Shown: positions 8,875 through 18,342, numbered from the stretch's first letter. The stretch is 64,000 bases of DNA from Candidatus Binatus sp. (GCF_049584895.1 NZ_JBAUYR010000057.1:27908-91907); one strand, 5' to 3'. Notes: a model not told the origin generated them from the letters alone. Numbers and translations: made by a program.

Positions 8875-9297
8875 CTAGCTCCCGTGCGCGTAGCGCGCGC
8901 GAAGTGCGTCCCGGATTTGTTCGATTGGCATCCCCCGGCTCGCCATCGACTCGGCGTCGCGAGCCTCACCGCAGCAGATCGCGCAGGTGCTGCCGTGCGT
9001 ATCACGGAAGCAATCGAGCAGATTTTTGTGGCCGTCAGTGACGTCGCATCCGCAGTAGCAATGCAGTTGCGCCAGCAGGGCAGGGTCCTTCTCCGCTACT
9101 TCGTACGCCTCGCGCACCGTGCCCTGGAAATTCTGCGGGTCGAGCGTAATCCGCAATTTCGCGCCCGGATCGCCCGATGCGGCCAGCTTCACGTCGGACG
9201 GCTGCGAACTGCTCGAAATGTAAGCCGCGGATGCGATCGCCACTACCAGAATGGCGGCGACCGTAAGTGCGACAATTCGGTTGATGCCCTTGAACAT
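8875..9297 (-). CDS. membrane-anchored Cys-rich protein of the PCYCGC-motif family
   Basis: It has an N-terminal TM anchor, then LHCYCGCDVTDGHKNLLDCFRDTHGSTCAICCGEA. Confidence 0.7.
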   Translation of the reverse strand: MFKGINRIVALTVAAILVVAIASAAYISSSSQPSDVKLAASGDPGAKLRITLDPQNFQGTVREAYEVAEKDPALLAQLHCYCGCDVTDGHKNLLDCFRDTHGSTCAICCGEARDAESMASRGMPIEQIRDALRARYAHGS

Positions 9298-9318
9298 GAT
9301 TCTCCCCGCAACCAGAAA

Positions 9319-9957
9319 TTATAGCATCTCGATGAACCTTAGGCTTTGATTCGCGAAACTGTACAGAGCGGCCGGCCGATGTGGTCCGCGGCGCGTATGC
9401 GGCAGCCGTTTCAGCATCCCCATCGCCAGAATGCTGCGGCGGAAATTGCGCCGATCCAGCGGACGCCCCAGGACGAGCGAGTACAGCTCTTCGAACTCGG
9501 CGAAGGTGAATTCCTTCGGCAGCAACGCATACGCGATATTCGTGTATTCGAGCTTCGACTTCAGCCGCTTCACCGCGTACGCCGCCATCAGCGAATGATC
9601 GTACGCAAGCTGCGGCAGCCGCGTGACTTCGTACCACTTCCCGTTCGCATACTTATCGCACGGCGCGCTGACAGCCTTCACATCGGGAATCAGCGCCATG
9701 TAGGCGACCGACACCACGTGCGCCCGAGGATCGCGCGACGGATCTCCAAAGGTGAACAGCTGCTCGAGATAAGCGCCGCGCAGTCCCGTCGAATCCTGCA
9801 ACTCGCGCCGGGCAGCATCGTCGAGCAGCTCGCCCACTCGCACCAGCCCGCCCGGAAATGCCCACCGGCCGCGACCCGGCCCGCGACGCAGCTCGACCAG
9901 GTAGGTCTGCAGACGCCCGTCGTTGATCGCGAACAGGACAGTGTCGACCGCGACCAT
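9319..9957 (-). CDS. nrtR: Nudix-domain protein with C-terminal winged-helix, NrtR-like regulator
   Basis: A Nudix box region (WAFPGGLVRVGELLDDAARRELQDSTG) is followed by EYTNIAYALLPKEFTFAEFEELYSLVLGRPLDRRNFRRS. The real start is taken at ATG 9957, because the upstream part of ORF 9319..10212 overlaps nadA. Confidence 0.75.
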   Translation of the reverse strand: MVAVDTVLFAINDGRLQTYLVELRRGPGRGRWAFPGGLVRVGELLDDAARRELQDSTGLRGAYLEQLFTFGDPSRDPRAHVVSVAYMALIPDVKAVSAPCDKYANGKWYEVTRLPQLAYDHSLMAAYAVKRLKSKLEYTNIAYALLPKEFTFAEFEELYSLVLGRPLDRRNFRRSILAMGMLKRLPHTRRGPHRPAALYSFANQSLRFIEML

Positions 9958-10007
9958 CGGCCGCGCGATCTGCTCGCCGCTCGCGACGACGTTCTGTGCC
10001 CCCGCGC

Positions 10008-11021
10008 TCAGACGCTCAGCTCGAGCATGCGTTCCAGCGCCCGCTTCGCGCCCTCGCGCACGTCCTCGGTCAGCTCGATTTCGTACCGCAGGTGTCGGAG
10101 TGAATCGAGGGTTCCCTCGAGCGTGATCATCTTCATGAACCGGCATAGCTTGCACGCCTTGTAAAAATGCTTGTCGGGAATTTCCATCAGCAGCCGATCC
10201 GACAGCCCGCACTCCGTCACCACCAAAAATTTATCCGCGTCGCTGGCGCGCGCGTACGACATCATCGCGCTGGTCGAGAGCACGGCGTCCGCGAGCGCGA
10301 GGACGTCGCGGCGGCACTCCGGATGCGCAATCACCTTGATTCCGGGAATCGCGCGCTTGACCTTGTTCACCTCGTCGGGGGTTATCTGGTGATGCACGTA
10401 GCAGTTGCCGTCCCACGAAATGACGCGCTTCCTGGTCTGCCCCTGCACGTAGTTCGCGAGATTCTGATCCGGCACGAACAGAATATTTTCCGAATCGATC
10501 CGCTCGACAATTTTGGTAGCATTCGCCGACGTGCAACATGCATCCGACAGCGCCTTCACGTCCGCCGTGCAATTGACGTACGACACGACCTTCAGATCGG
10601 GATAAATCTTGAGCAGCTCCTCTTTCCGATCCGCCAGCGCCTCGGCCGTCACGCTGTCCGCCAGCGAACATCCCGCCTTCAAATCCGGCAGCAGCACTTT
10701 ACGATCAGGATTGAACACCTTCGCCGTCTCAGCCATGAAATGCACACCGCAAAATACGATCACATCCGCGTCGCGCATATCGCGCGCATTGCGCGCCAAC
10801 TCCAGCGAGTCGCCGATAAAATCCGCAACCTCGAAAATCTCCGGCCGCTGATAGTTATGCGCAAGGATCACCGCCCGCCGCTCTCTCTTGAGCTGCTTAA
10901 TCTCCGCAATCATGTCGGCGTAGCGCTCGCACGTCTCAGCGGTGTAACTCTCATTGCCAAGCACCGCGAGTTTCTCGCGCAGCGCACGCGCATCAATCGC
11001 CGTCTCTACAGCTTCCATCAC
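10008..11021 (-). CDS. nadA: quinolinate synthase
   Basis: ILAHNYQRPEIFEVADFIGDSLELAR, VFCGVHFMAETAK and VIAHPEC are NadA signatures. The start is GTG 11021 or ATG 11018. Confidence 0.93.
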   Translation of the reverse strand: MMEAVETAIDARALREKLAVLGNESYTAETCERYADMIAEIKQLKRERRAVILAHNYQRPEIFEVADFIGDSLELARNARDMRDADVIVFCGVHFMAETAKVFNPDRKVLLPDLKAGCSLADSVTAEALADRKEELLKIYPDLKVVSYVNCTADVKALSDACCTSANATKIVERIDSENILFVPDQNLANYVQGQTRKRVISWDGNCYVHHQITPDEVNKVKRAIPGIKVIAHPECRRDVLALADAVLSTSAMMSYARASDADKFLVVTECGLSDRLLMEIPDKHFYKACKLCRFMKMITLEGTLDSLRHLRYEIELTEDVREGAKRALERMLELSV

Positions 11022-11179
11022 GATTCAATCCTCAATTGCTCAACGACTTTGCGTCACTCTGACACTTACTCCATGCTGATCCGCGGCACAAGCCGTTTTC
11101 TTATTGGCGAAATGGCGCTGGGCTCTGATAAATCCAGTGCGATGGCAAGAGTGTGGCCCGCTTTTTAGGAGTTAAAGTG

Positions 11180-12328
11180 ATGGATGAAGTACTGGATCGC
11201 GAAATCGTCGATGCCGTGCGCCGCTTCGTCGAGCGCGACGTCATCCCCAACGCCTCCGCCCTTGAGCATCGCGACGAGTATCCGCACGCGATGGTCGCGA
11301 CGATGCGTGAGCTTGGGCTCTTCGGCGCTACCATTCCTGCCGATTTCGGCGGTCTCGGTCTCAGCTTCCTCACCTACGCGCGCGTGATGGAAGAACTGTC
11401 GCGCGGATGGATGTCGCTGGCCGGCGTCATCAACAGCCATCTGATCATGGCGTACGTTATCGCGAATCACGGCACCGACGCGCAGAAAAAATATTTCCTG
11501 CCCGCGATGGCGCGCGGCGAAAAGCGCGGCGGTCTCGCGCTCACCGAGCCACACGCCGGCAGCGACGTGCAATCAATTCGCACGACAGCAGTCCGCCGCG
11601 GCGATGACTACATCCTGAGCGGCTCGAAAATGTTCATCACCAACGCCCGCCATGGCACGATGCTCGCGGTCGCCGCCAAGACCAATCCGCACGCCGATCC
11701 CGCTTACGCCGGCATCAGCATGTTCGCCGTCGAGAAGAGCGATCGCGGCCCAACGGTCAGCCGCAATCTCGACAAGCTGGGCTACAAAGGAATCGACACC
11801 TGCGAAGTTCTGTTCGAAGACGTGGCCGTCCCCGCCGCAAATTTAATCGGCGGTGCCGAAGGGGCAGGATTCAAACAGGTGATGAGCGCGCTCGAAGTCG
11901 GACGCATCAACGTAGCCGCGCGCGCGGTCGGAGTAGGGCAGGCCGCCTTCGAAACCGCGATTCGCTACTCGCAACAACGGACAGCCTTCGGCAAACCAAT
12001 CTGCCAGCATCAAGCCGTCCAACTGCTACTCGCCGACATGGCGACGCGCGTGGAAGCCGCGCGCCTGCTGGTCGCCAACGCCGCGCGCAAAAAAGACGCG
12101 AGCGAACGATGCGACGTCGAAGCCGGGATGGCCAAGCTCTTCGCCTCAGAAGCCTGCGCAAAAATTTCTCTGGATGCGATGCGAGTGCTGGGCGGCTACG
12201 GCTTCATGGCCGACTTCCCGGTTGAAAGATTCTACCGCGACGCCCCGCTGATGATGATCGGCGAAGGCACCAACGAGATCCAGGCGCTGGTAATCGCCCG
12301 CGGCCTCCTGGCGCGCTATCCAATCTGA
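11180..12328 (+). CDS. acyl-CoA dehydrogenase
   Basis: GGLALTEPHAGSD, a catalytic C-terminal region (GGYGFMADFPVERFYRDAPLMMIGEGTNEIQ) and an AGGAG site 8 nt upstream of the ATG. Confidence 0.9.
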   Translation: MDEVLDREIVDAVRRFVERDVIPNASALEHRDEYPHAMVATMRELGLFGATIPADFGGLGLSFLTYARVMEELSRGWMSLAGVINSHLIMAYVIANHGTDAQKKYFLPAMARGEKRGGLALTEPHAGSDVQSIRTTAVRRGDDYILSGSKMFITNARHGTMLAVAAKTNPHADPAYAGISMFAVEKSDRGPTVSRNLDKLGYKGIDTCEVLFEDVAVPAANLIGGAEGAGFKQVMSALEVGRINVAARAVGVGQAAFETAIRYSQQRTAFGKPICQHQAVQLLLADMATRVEAARLLVANAARKKDASERCDVEAGMAKLFASEACAKISLDAMRVLGGYGFMADFPVERFYRDAPLMMIGEGTNEIQALVIARGLLARYPI

Positions 12329-12396
12329 GCTCTTATTCCCTCGCCCCACGATCGAGAGCAGGAATCTGAGCGCGAAGCGCGCAACCCCTGACGATG

Positions 12397-13611
12397 TCAG
12401 CCCTTCGGCAGCTTGAGGACGCGCTCGCCGATGATGTTGTGCTGAATCTCGCTCGAGCCCGCCGCGATCGTCAGTCCGCGCGCCGCGAGCGTTCGATGCA
12501 TCCAGCGGCCGCCTTCGACTGCGCCGACACTGCCGTCTTCGACGTTGGCGAACGCGCCGAGCATCTCGTCGGCGAACATCGCGACGCGCAGGTTCAGTTC
12601 GGTCGCGAACAGCTTGCCGAATGAACTCTCCGCGCCCGGCACCTTGCCCTTGAGCTGTGCCGAGAGCGAGCGGTAGCGCGACAACCGCAGGCATCGGGCT
12701 TCGACCGCGAACTGCGCCAGCTTCTGCCGGACGTACGGATGCTTCCACGCGGGGCCGCCTTCGAAATCGACTTTCTTCGCGAGCTCGAGCAGCTCGCCGA
12801 TTGTGCGTTCCACCGGATGCCGCGTGCCGCCGGAGAGGCGCTCGTACATCAGCGTCGCGATCGACACCTGCCATCCCGCGTTCAGATCGCCGACCAGATT
12901 TTCTTTCGGCACACGAACGTTGTCGTAAAAGACTTCGTTGAATCCGGCGTCGCCGGTTATCTGAACGAGAGGCCGCACCGTAATCCCGGGGCTGTGCATG
13001 TCGACCAGCAGGTACGAGATCCCTTTGTGCTTCGGCGCGGACGGGTCGGTTCGCACCAGCAGCACTTGCCAGTCCGCGCGATGCGCCAGACTGGTCCACA
13101 CTTTCTGCCCGTTGATTACGAAGGTGTCGCCGTCGAGCACCGCGCGCGTCTGCAGGGCTGCGAGATCGGAGCCCGCGCCGGGTTCGGAGTAGCCTTGGCA
13201 CCAGATTTCCTCGCCGGTGAGCATCTTGAGCAGGTAGCGCTTTTTCTGCTGCTCGGTGCCGAGATGCATGATGGTCGGACCGATTCGATCGATCGCGAGC
13301 TGGTTGGCGCCGTAGAGCGGCAGCCCGAGCCGCAGGACTTCGTCCTGGTAGATTGACTGATCGATCATGCTCGCGCCGCCACCGCCCCATTCCTTGGGCC
13401 AGTGCAGCGCGACGTAACCAGCCTTGTAAAGGCGGCGATGGTAGTCGAGGAGCTGCGCCCATCGCCCGTCGTCGCGCACGTCGAGCAGGCTCGCAGTCGA
13501 GCCGCCGAGCCCCTCGCCCTTGCTCCCGAAAGCTTCGGCGGAATTCTTCTCGAGCCATCCGGCAATTTCAGCGCGAAATTTTTCCTGTTCCGGCGTGTAA
13601 GTAAAATCCAT
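12397..13611 (-). CDS. acyl-CoA dehydrogenase
   Basis: MDFTYTPEQEKFRAEI..., then WCQGYSEPGAGSDLA, then IAAGSSEIQHNIIGERVL. Only the C-terminal 404 aa of the 889-aa track ORF is real. Confidence 0.9.
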   Translation of the reverse strand: MDFTYTPEQEKFRAEIAGWLEKNSAEAFGSKGEGLGGSTASLLDVRDDGRWAQLLDYHRRLYKAGYVALHWPKEWGGGGASMIDQSIYQDEVLRLGLPLYGANQLAIDRIGPTIMHLGTEQQKKRYLLKMLTGEEIWCQGYSEPGAGSDLAALQTRAVLDGDTFVINGQKVWTSLAHRADWQVLLVRTDPSAPKHKGISYLLVDMHSPGITVRPLVQITGDAGFNEVFYDNVRVPKENLVGDLNAGWQVSIATLMYERLSGGTRHPVERTIGELLELAKKVDFEGGPAWKHPYVRQKLAQFAVEARCLRLSRYRSLSAQLKGKVPGAESSFGKLFATELNLRVAMFADEMLGAFANVEDGSVGAVEGGRWMHRTLAARGLTIAAGSSEIQHNIIGERVLKLPKG

Positions 13612-13971
13612 CGGCTGCTCCACTCGATCCTTCGTCAGTAGTCGAACTCTCTTTAAGCTAAATACCAGACGATGCCTAAGCGTGAAACCGCGAAGCTCGT
13701 AACGGTCGGTCGTGTGCGTCGGCGCACTTGGAAAGAGTATCTCGCCAACGCGCCGCGGCTTCCCTCCGACTTTCCAAAACGGATCCGCGATCGGCGGCCC
13801 GAGAAAGTGGATCCGCTCTCTAAACACCGCCCCGATCTTCGATACTGGCATCGCGAGTCCTTTGCTATATGATAGCCGGATACTTTGAGCGCTGCGGGAC
13901 GCCGTGAAAAAATTGAGACGCGGGTCTCGGCTGCGCTCTATCATTAAAAGACGAGGCGAATTGCAACTCCG

Positions 13972-15219
13972 ATGGCATACGAGCACATCAAGGTTCCCAG
14001 CAACGGCGAAAAGATTACCCTTGGCGCCAATCACACTCTGAAAGTTCCCGACCGCCCGATCATTCCGTTTATCGAAGGCGACGGCACCGGCCCCGACATC
14101 TGGAAGGCGTCGCAGTACGTCTTCGACAATGCGGTCAAGAAAATATATGGCGGCAAGCGGCAGATCGCCTGGATGGAAGTGTTCGCGGGCGAGAAGCCGT
14201 TCAACCAGTGGAAGAACTGGCTGCCCGACGAAACTGTCGAGGCGTTCCGCGAATTCCTGGTCGGTATCAAGGGTCCGCTGACGACGCCGATTGGCGGCGG
14301 CATCCGATCGCTCAACGTCGCGCTGCGCCAGATGCTCGATCTCTACGTATGCCTGCGCCCGGTGCGCTACTTCGCCGGCGTGCCGAGCCCGGTCAAGCAT
14401 CCGGAGAAACTCGACGTCGTAATCTTCCGCGAGAACACAGAGGACATCTACGCAGGAATCGAATGGCCGGCGGAATCGCCCGAGGCGAAGAAGGTCATCA
14501 AGTTCCTGCAGGACGAGATGGGCGTCAAAAAAATCCGCTTCCCCAACACCTCGGGCATCGGCATCAAGCCGGTCTCGCGTGAGGGCAGCGAACGGCTGAT
14601 TCGCGCGGCGCTCGACTACGCCATTAAACATAAGCGCAAGAGCGTGACCTTCGTGCACAAGGGCAACATTATGAAATTCACGGAGGGCGCGTTCCGCGAT
14701 TGGGGCTACGAACTCGTCCGCCGCGAATACAAGGGCAAGGCGGTGGGATGGGACGATTGCAACGGCAAGCCGCCCGCCGGTGAGTTGCTGGTCAAGGACG
14801 CGATCGCGGATATCACGCTGCAGCAGGTGCTGACGCGCCCCGATGAATTCGACGTCGTCGCCACCATGAATCTGAACGGCGACTACATCTCGGATGCGCT
14901 CGCGGCGCAGGTCGGAGGCATCGGAATCGCTCCTGGAGCCAACATCAACTACCTCACGGGCCACGCGATCTTCGAAGCGACGCACGGCACCGCGCCCAAG
15001 TACGCCAACCAGGACAAGGTAAATCCTGGCTCGGTGATCCTGTCGGGCGTGCTGATGTTCGAGCACATGGGGTGGCAGGAAGTTGCCGACGGCATCATTC
15101 GCGGGCTCGAGAAAACGATCAGCAAGAAAGAAGTGACCTATGACTTCGAGCGCCTGATGACCGGCGCGAAGCTGCTGAAGTGCTCCGAGTTCGGCAAAGC
15201 GATCGTCGACAATATGTGA
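13972..15219 (+). CDS. icd: NADP-dependent isocitrate dehydrogenase (prokaryotic homodimeric type)
   Basis: [59 protein letters not shown]. Confidence 0.95.
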   Translation: MAYEHIKVPSNGEKITLGANHTLKVPDRPIIPFIEGDGTGPDIWKASQYVFDNAVKKIYGGKRQIAWMEVFAGEKPFNQWKNWLPDETVEAFREFLVGIKGPLTTPIGGGIRSLNVALRQMLDLYVCLRPVRYFAGVPSPVKHPEKLDVVIFRENTEDIYAGIEWPAESPEAKKVIKFLQDEMGVKKIRFPNTSGIGIKPVSREGSERLIRAALDYAIKHKRKSVTFVHKGNIMKFTEGAFRDWGYELVRREYKGKAVGWDDCNGKPPAGELLVKDAIADITLQQVLTRPDEFDVVATMNLNGDYISDALAAQVGGIGIAPGANINYLTGHAIFEATHGTAPKYANQDKVNPGSVILSGVLMFEHMGWQEVADGIIRGLEKTISKKEVTYDFERLMTGAKLLKCSEFGKAIVDNM

Positions 15220-15230
15220 TTTTAGTCCGG

Positions 15231-15273
15231 TTCCCCTTCCCGCTCGGGAAGGGGTTAGGGGTTAGGTTGCCGG
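15231..15273. repeat. hairpin-bearing dispersed repeat (inverted copy of 53272..53314), bidirectional terminator
   Basis: The hairpin is CCCCTTCCC-GCTC-GGGAAGGGG (15233-15254). Its reverse complement matches 53272..53314 at 35 of 43 ungapped positions. Confidence 0.8.
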
Positions 15274-16571
15274 ATTATCTGATCGGCGCACCATTGCCCC
15301 GTCTCAATCGCGGACTCGAAATGCGGGAGGCCCATGTAGTCGCCGGCGAGCAGGACGCGCTTGGCTGATGGCCGCGATTTTCTGTATTCCGCCACGTCGC
15401 GGCTCCGTCCGACTGGCGACTTGGGTAGCGCGTTCGGCCATCGCACAATGTGCGCGAAGCGCTTGGTAGCGGTGACACCGGGAAAAAATCGCTCGATGTC
15501 GGGCAACACTTTCGCGACGATCTCGTCGTCCGACAGATCCATCATCGCGCCGGCAGCTTCGTTCTTGACGAACACATTCAGCATCTCGCCGTCCGGCACG
15601 CGGTTTATATCCTTGGCCGATTCGAGCGTGGCCGACGCGATCAGTTGACGGTCGGGACGCGGGACCAGAAATCCCCATACATCTTTCAGCCCGGGCTCAT
15701 TGCGCCAATGACGGCTGGTGGCGATACCAATCTTGATCCCGGTTACGTACTCGGTCGCGAGGAGCCGGCGTTCAACCTCATCACCGCCGCGATAGAGACG
15801 CGACGCGGCCGGAGCCGTCGCGGCGAGCACGACATGGTCGGCGCGCATCTGTTCGCCCGACAACTGCACGACGGCGCCGTCGTCGCGAACTTCGATCGAC
15901 TGCACCGGTGACTCCAGCCTTCCGTCGACCTTCGACGCGAGCGCTTCCGGAAACGATCCCAGGCCGCGGCTGAGGCTCATCTCCTTGCCGCGGCCGTTGT
16001 CGGTGAGCGCCAGCGTCGCGAGCGTGGCTGCCCGCGAGGTTTCTTCCATCACGCATAGCAGGCCGCCCGCGACGAGAGGCTCGACCAGATAATCGGTCGC
16101 GCGGCCAAGCCGAGGTGCGAACCAGCTGGCGGTGTCCATATCGTCGTACTCGGCCCACGCCGCGTAGTTGTCGACCGGCGGCCACTTCAGCTTGGTCGTA
16201 TGCCAGATGAAGCGCGCGAGATCGGGGATGCTGACCAGTCCGGAGGTGAGTGCGTAAATCGGAAACATCGCGCCCGACGGCATCCGGCGCGGCTTGCCGT
16301 CCTTGACGATCGCCATCCACGGGCTGGTCGGCCTCAGTTCCGCTTCGAGGCCCAATTCCTTCACCAGGCCGAGCGCGTTGCGATAGGTGCTGGTGATCAG
16401 CTGCGCGGCACGCTCGACCAGGTATCCGTCGCGCGTTTCGGTGCGGACTCTGCCGCCGACGTGATCGCTCGATTCGAGGACAGTCACGTCGACTCCCGCC
16501 TTTCGGAGCCGATACGCAGCCGACAACCCGGCCATTCCGGCACCAACCACGACTACCTTCTTGTTAGGCAT
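15255..16571 (-). CDS. FAD-dependent oxidoreductase (amine oxidase / protoporphyrinogen oxidase-like fold)
   Basis: The dinucleotide-binding N-terminus is KVVVVGAGMAGLSAAYRLRKAGVDVTVLESSDHVGGRV. Confidence 0.8.
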   Translation of the reverse strand: MPNKKVVVVGAGMAGLSAAYRLRKAGVDVTVLESSDHVGGRVRTETRDGYLVERAAQLITSTYRNALGLVKELGLEAELRPTSPWMAIVKDGKPRRMPSGAMFPIYALTSGLVSIPDLARFIWHTTKLKWPPVDNYAAWAEYDDMDTASWFAPRLGRATDYLVEPLVAGGLLCVMEETSRAATLATLALTDNGRGKEMSLSRGLGSFPEALASKVDGRLESPVQSIEVRDDGAVVQLSGEQMRADHVVLAATAPAASRLYRGGDEVERRLLATEYVTGIKIGIATSRHWRNEPGLKDVWGFLVPRPDRQLIASATLESAKDINRVPDGEMLNVFVKNEAAGAMMDLSDDEIVAKVLPDIERFFPGVTATKRFAHIVRWPNALPKSPVGRSRDVAEYRKSRPSAKRVLLAGDYMGLPHFESAIETGQWCADQIIRQPNP

Positions 16572-16605
16572 TAACTCTCACAAAGGCCGCGCGTTTTCTC
16601 GATCG

Positions 16606-18342
16606 CTAGTATGGGGTTGCAGTGTGCAGTTTCCGCGCTGCGTTCATGTTGGTGCCACCTAGTGAAGGATCGGTCGTCAATGTGAACGTGTTGGTCGTGG
16701 GGTCGAAGATCTCAGCGGTATTGAGCGTGTTCCCGCTGCCGTCTTCACCCCCTGTAATCAGTATCTTGCCATTCGGTAGCGCCGCCGCCGCATGATTGAA
16801 CCGCGCCGTATGCATGGAGCCGACCGCCGTGAATGTTTCGGTTGCTGGATTGAAGACCTCCGCTGTCGCAAGTACGTTGCCCGAATCATCCACTCCTCCC
16901 GCGATCAGCACCGAAGATTCAAAGTAGTATCGTGTTGCGGTGTGCATCGCGCGTGCAACCGTCATGTTCGTTCCGCCTAGATCGGTGGTAAGGGTAAATT
17001 TACTGGTGCTCGGGTCAAAAATCTCTGCCGTGGATTGCGCAACTCCCGCGGCGTTCTCCCCGCCCGTTATCAGGACATCGGTAGGACCGGACCCCAACGG
17101 GGTCGCGGTATGAAACATGCGCGGCGCGTGCATCTGGCTGCCGCCCAATGAGGGGTCGTCGGTAAGAGTAAATGTGTTGAGCGTGGTATTGTACACTTCG
17201 GCACTTTGCAGAGCGCTGATTCCGTCGAAGCCGCCGGTAATCACCGCGTTGCTGGCAGTGCAGGTGTCTCTCACACCCCCACTATAGGTCTGCAACGTAG
17301 ATTCGGCTGCGTTTAAGCGCGCCACGTTCATCATCGCCGGAGGCGGGACTTCCGCGGACCTGAGAATGGTTCCGGCCGCATCCTCGCCGCCCGCGATTAA
17401 AAACGAATGCGTGTGGTGCACGCCCAACAGTTCAGTCTCGGTGTGACCCTGCCGCGAGACCGACATGTTCCCGGCGGCAAACTGGTTGGTGAGGCTTGAG
17501 AACGTCTCGGTAGTGGAGGTCGCACCGACCGCATCGATTCCGCCGCTTAGCAGGATGGTCGCGGGTGGATTTGGATTGTCGCTCGCAACGTCGGCCGCAT
17601 GCCGGTAGCGGCTGTCGTTCATCGCGCTGCCGCCCAGGGTCGGGTCGGTCGTAAGAGTGAAGGTGTTGGTCTTCGGGTTGAAGACCTCCGCGCTGTTGAG
17701 CGGCGTTCCGTCCGATCCTTGACCGCCGGTGATCAAAACCAACCCCGCGATATACGGCGTGGGCTGTTCCTCCGGCGTACAGGTAGCGGTCGCTGTCGCC
17801 GTGGGCGTGGTCGACCCGTTTGGCGTCGGCGACGTGGTCGGCGACGGCATTGCGGTGGCGGTCGCGGTCGGCGTCGCACCGACGATACCTTGTCCCGAGA
17901 GCTCGACGTGTTGCGGGTTCTTCTTCGCCGAGTCGGTGAACGTCAGGGCCTTCTTGTCCGTCACCTTTCCGGTAGTGGTTGGAGAAAACACGACGGCGAG
18001 CTGACACATTGCGCCAGCAGCCAGCGGCGCGCCGGTGCATCCGTCGGTTTGAATCGAGAAAGGGGGCGCGGCAACGATAGTCGTAAAATCAACCGAAGCT
18101 GACTTCGAGTTGTTGGTGACAGTTATCGTCGCGGACGCGCTCGTCAGAGGGACGATGACTTTGCCGAAGTCGTGCTTGCCGGGTTTGATTTTGAGCGTCC
18201 CGGCCAAACTGGAATTCTTTGCGTCGTGCGCGGTCGCGAGATCTGCGGCAGTTGCGACATCGTATGTCACAAGCCCAGTCGTCACAGAAAGCAGCGCGAT
18301 CAGTACCCACACCGCGGGGCGCGCTGAACTGAATGTGAACAT
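16606..18342 (-). CDS. secreted protein: choice-of-anchor-D/HYDIN-like Ig domain, Pro/Thr linker, Kelch-like beta-propeller
   Basis: It has a signal peptide. The N-terminal domain is KIKPGKHDFGKVIV...ATITVTNNS...FSIQTDGCTG...CQLAVVFSP, and the linker is TPTATATAMPSPTTSPTP. About seven repeats of ...ITGG.D..G....SAE(V/I)F(N/D)P.T.TFT... follow. Confidence 0.75.
   Translation of the reverse strand: MFTFSSARPAVWVLIALLSVTTGLVTYDVATAADLATAHDAKNSSLAGTLKIKPGKHDFGKVIVPLTSASATITVTNNSKSASVDFTTIVAAPPFSIQTDGCTGAPLAAGAMCQLAVVFSPTTTGKVTDKKALTFTDSAKKNPQHVELSGQGIVGATPTATATAMPSPTTSPTPNGSTTPTATATATCTPEEQPTPYIAGLVLITGGQGSDGTPLNSAEVFNPKTNTFTLTTDPTLGGSAMNDSRYRHAADVASDNPNPPATILLSGGIDAVGATSTTETFSSLTNQFAAGNMSVSRQGHTETELLGVHHTHSFLIAGGEDAAGTILRSAEVPPPAMMNVARLNAAESTLQTYSGGVRDTCTASNAVITGGFDGISALQSAEVYNTTLNTFTLTDDPSLGGSQMHAPRMFHTATPLGSGPTDVLITGGENAAGVAQSTAEIFDPSTSKFTLTTDLGGTNMTVARAMHTATRYYFESSVLIAGGVDDSGNVLATAEVFNPATETFTAVGSMHTARFNHAAAALPNGKILITGGEDGSGNTLNTAEIFDPTTNTFTLTTDPSLGGTNMNAARKLHTATPY

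Noticed and set aside
11022-11152. Possible nadA-motif (NAD+) riboswitch in the nadA leader
   Set aside because: I wrote out the minus-strand leader and did not see the tandem bulged-stem domains with C-rich/G-rich cores that I associate with that motif. Regulation by the adjacent NrtR-like protein is the simpler explanation. A covariance-model scan would settle it.
12146-13558. 470-aa minus-strand ORF in an alternative frame
   Set aside because: It is an extremely Arg-rich translation that overlaps the real acyl-CoA dehydrogenase frame on the same strand.
13672-13872. 66-aa basic ORF in the acd/icd divergent intergenic region
   Set aside because: It has no ribosome-binding site, no motif, and an Arg/Pro-rich composition typical of chance ORFs. 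The region more likely holds the two divergent promoters.
13612-15066. N-terminal 485 aa of the 889-aa minus-strand ORF 12397..15066
   Set aside because: This part runs antisense to the well-supported icd gene and through the icd/acd intergenic region, and it has no recognisable motifs. The acyl-CoA dehydrogenase clearly begins at MDFTYTPEQ (13611). It is a high-GC shadow ORF.
17760-17900. Repetitive DNA that might be mistaken for a tandem or CRISPR-like array
   Set aside because: It encodes the in-frame Pro/Thr/Ala linker of the Kelch protein (TPTATATAMPSPTTSPTP...). There is no repeat-spacer periodicity.
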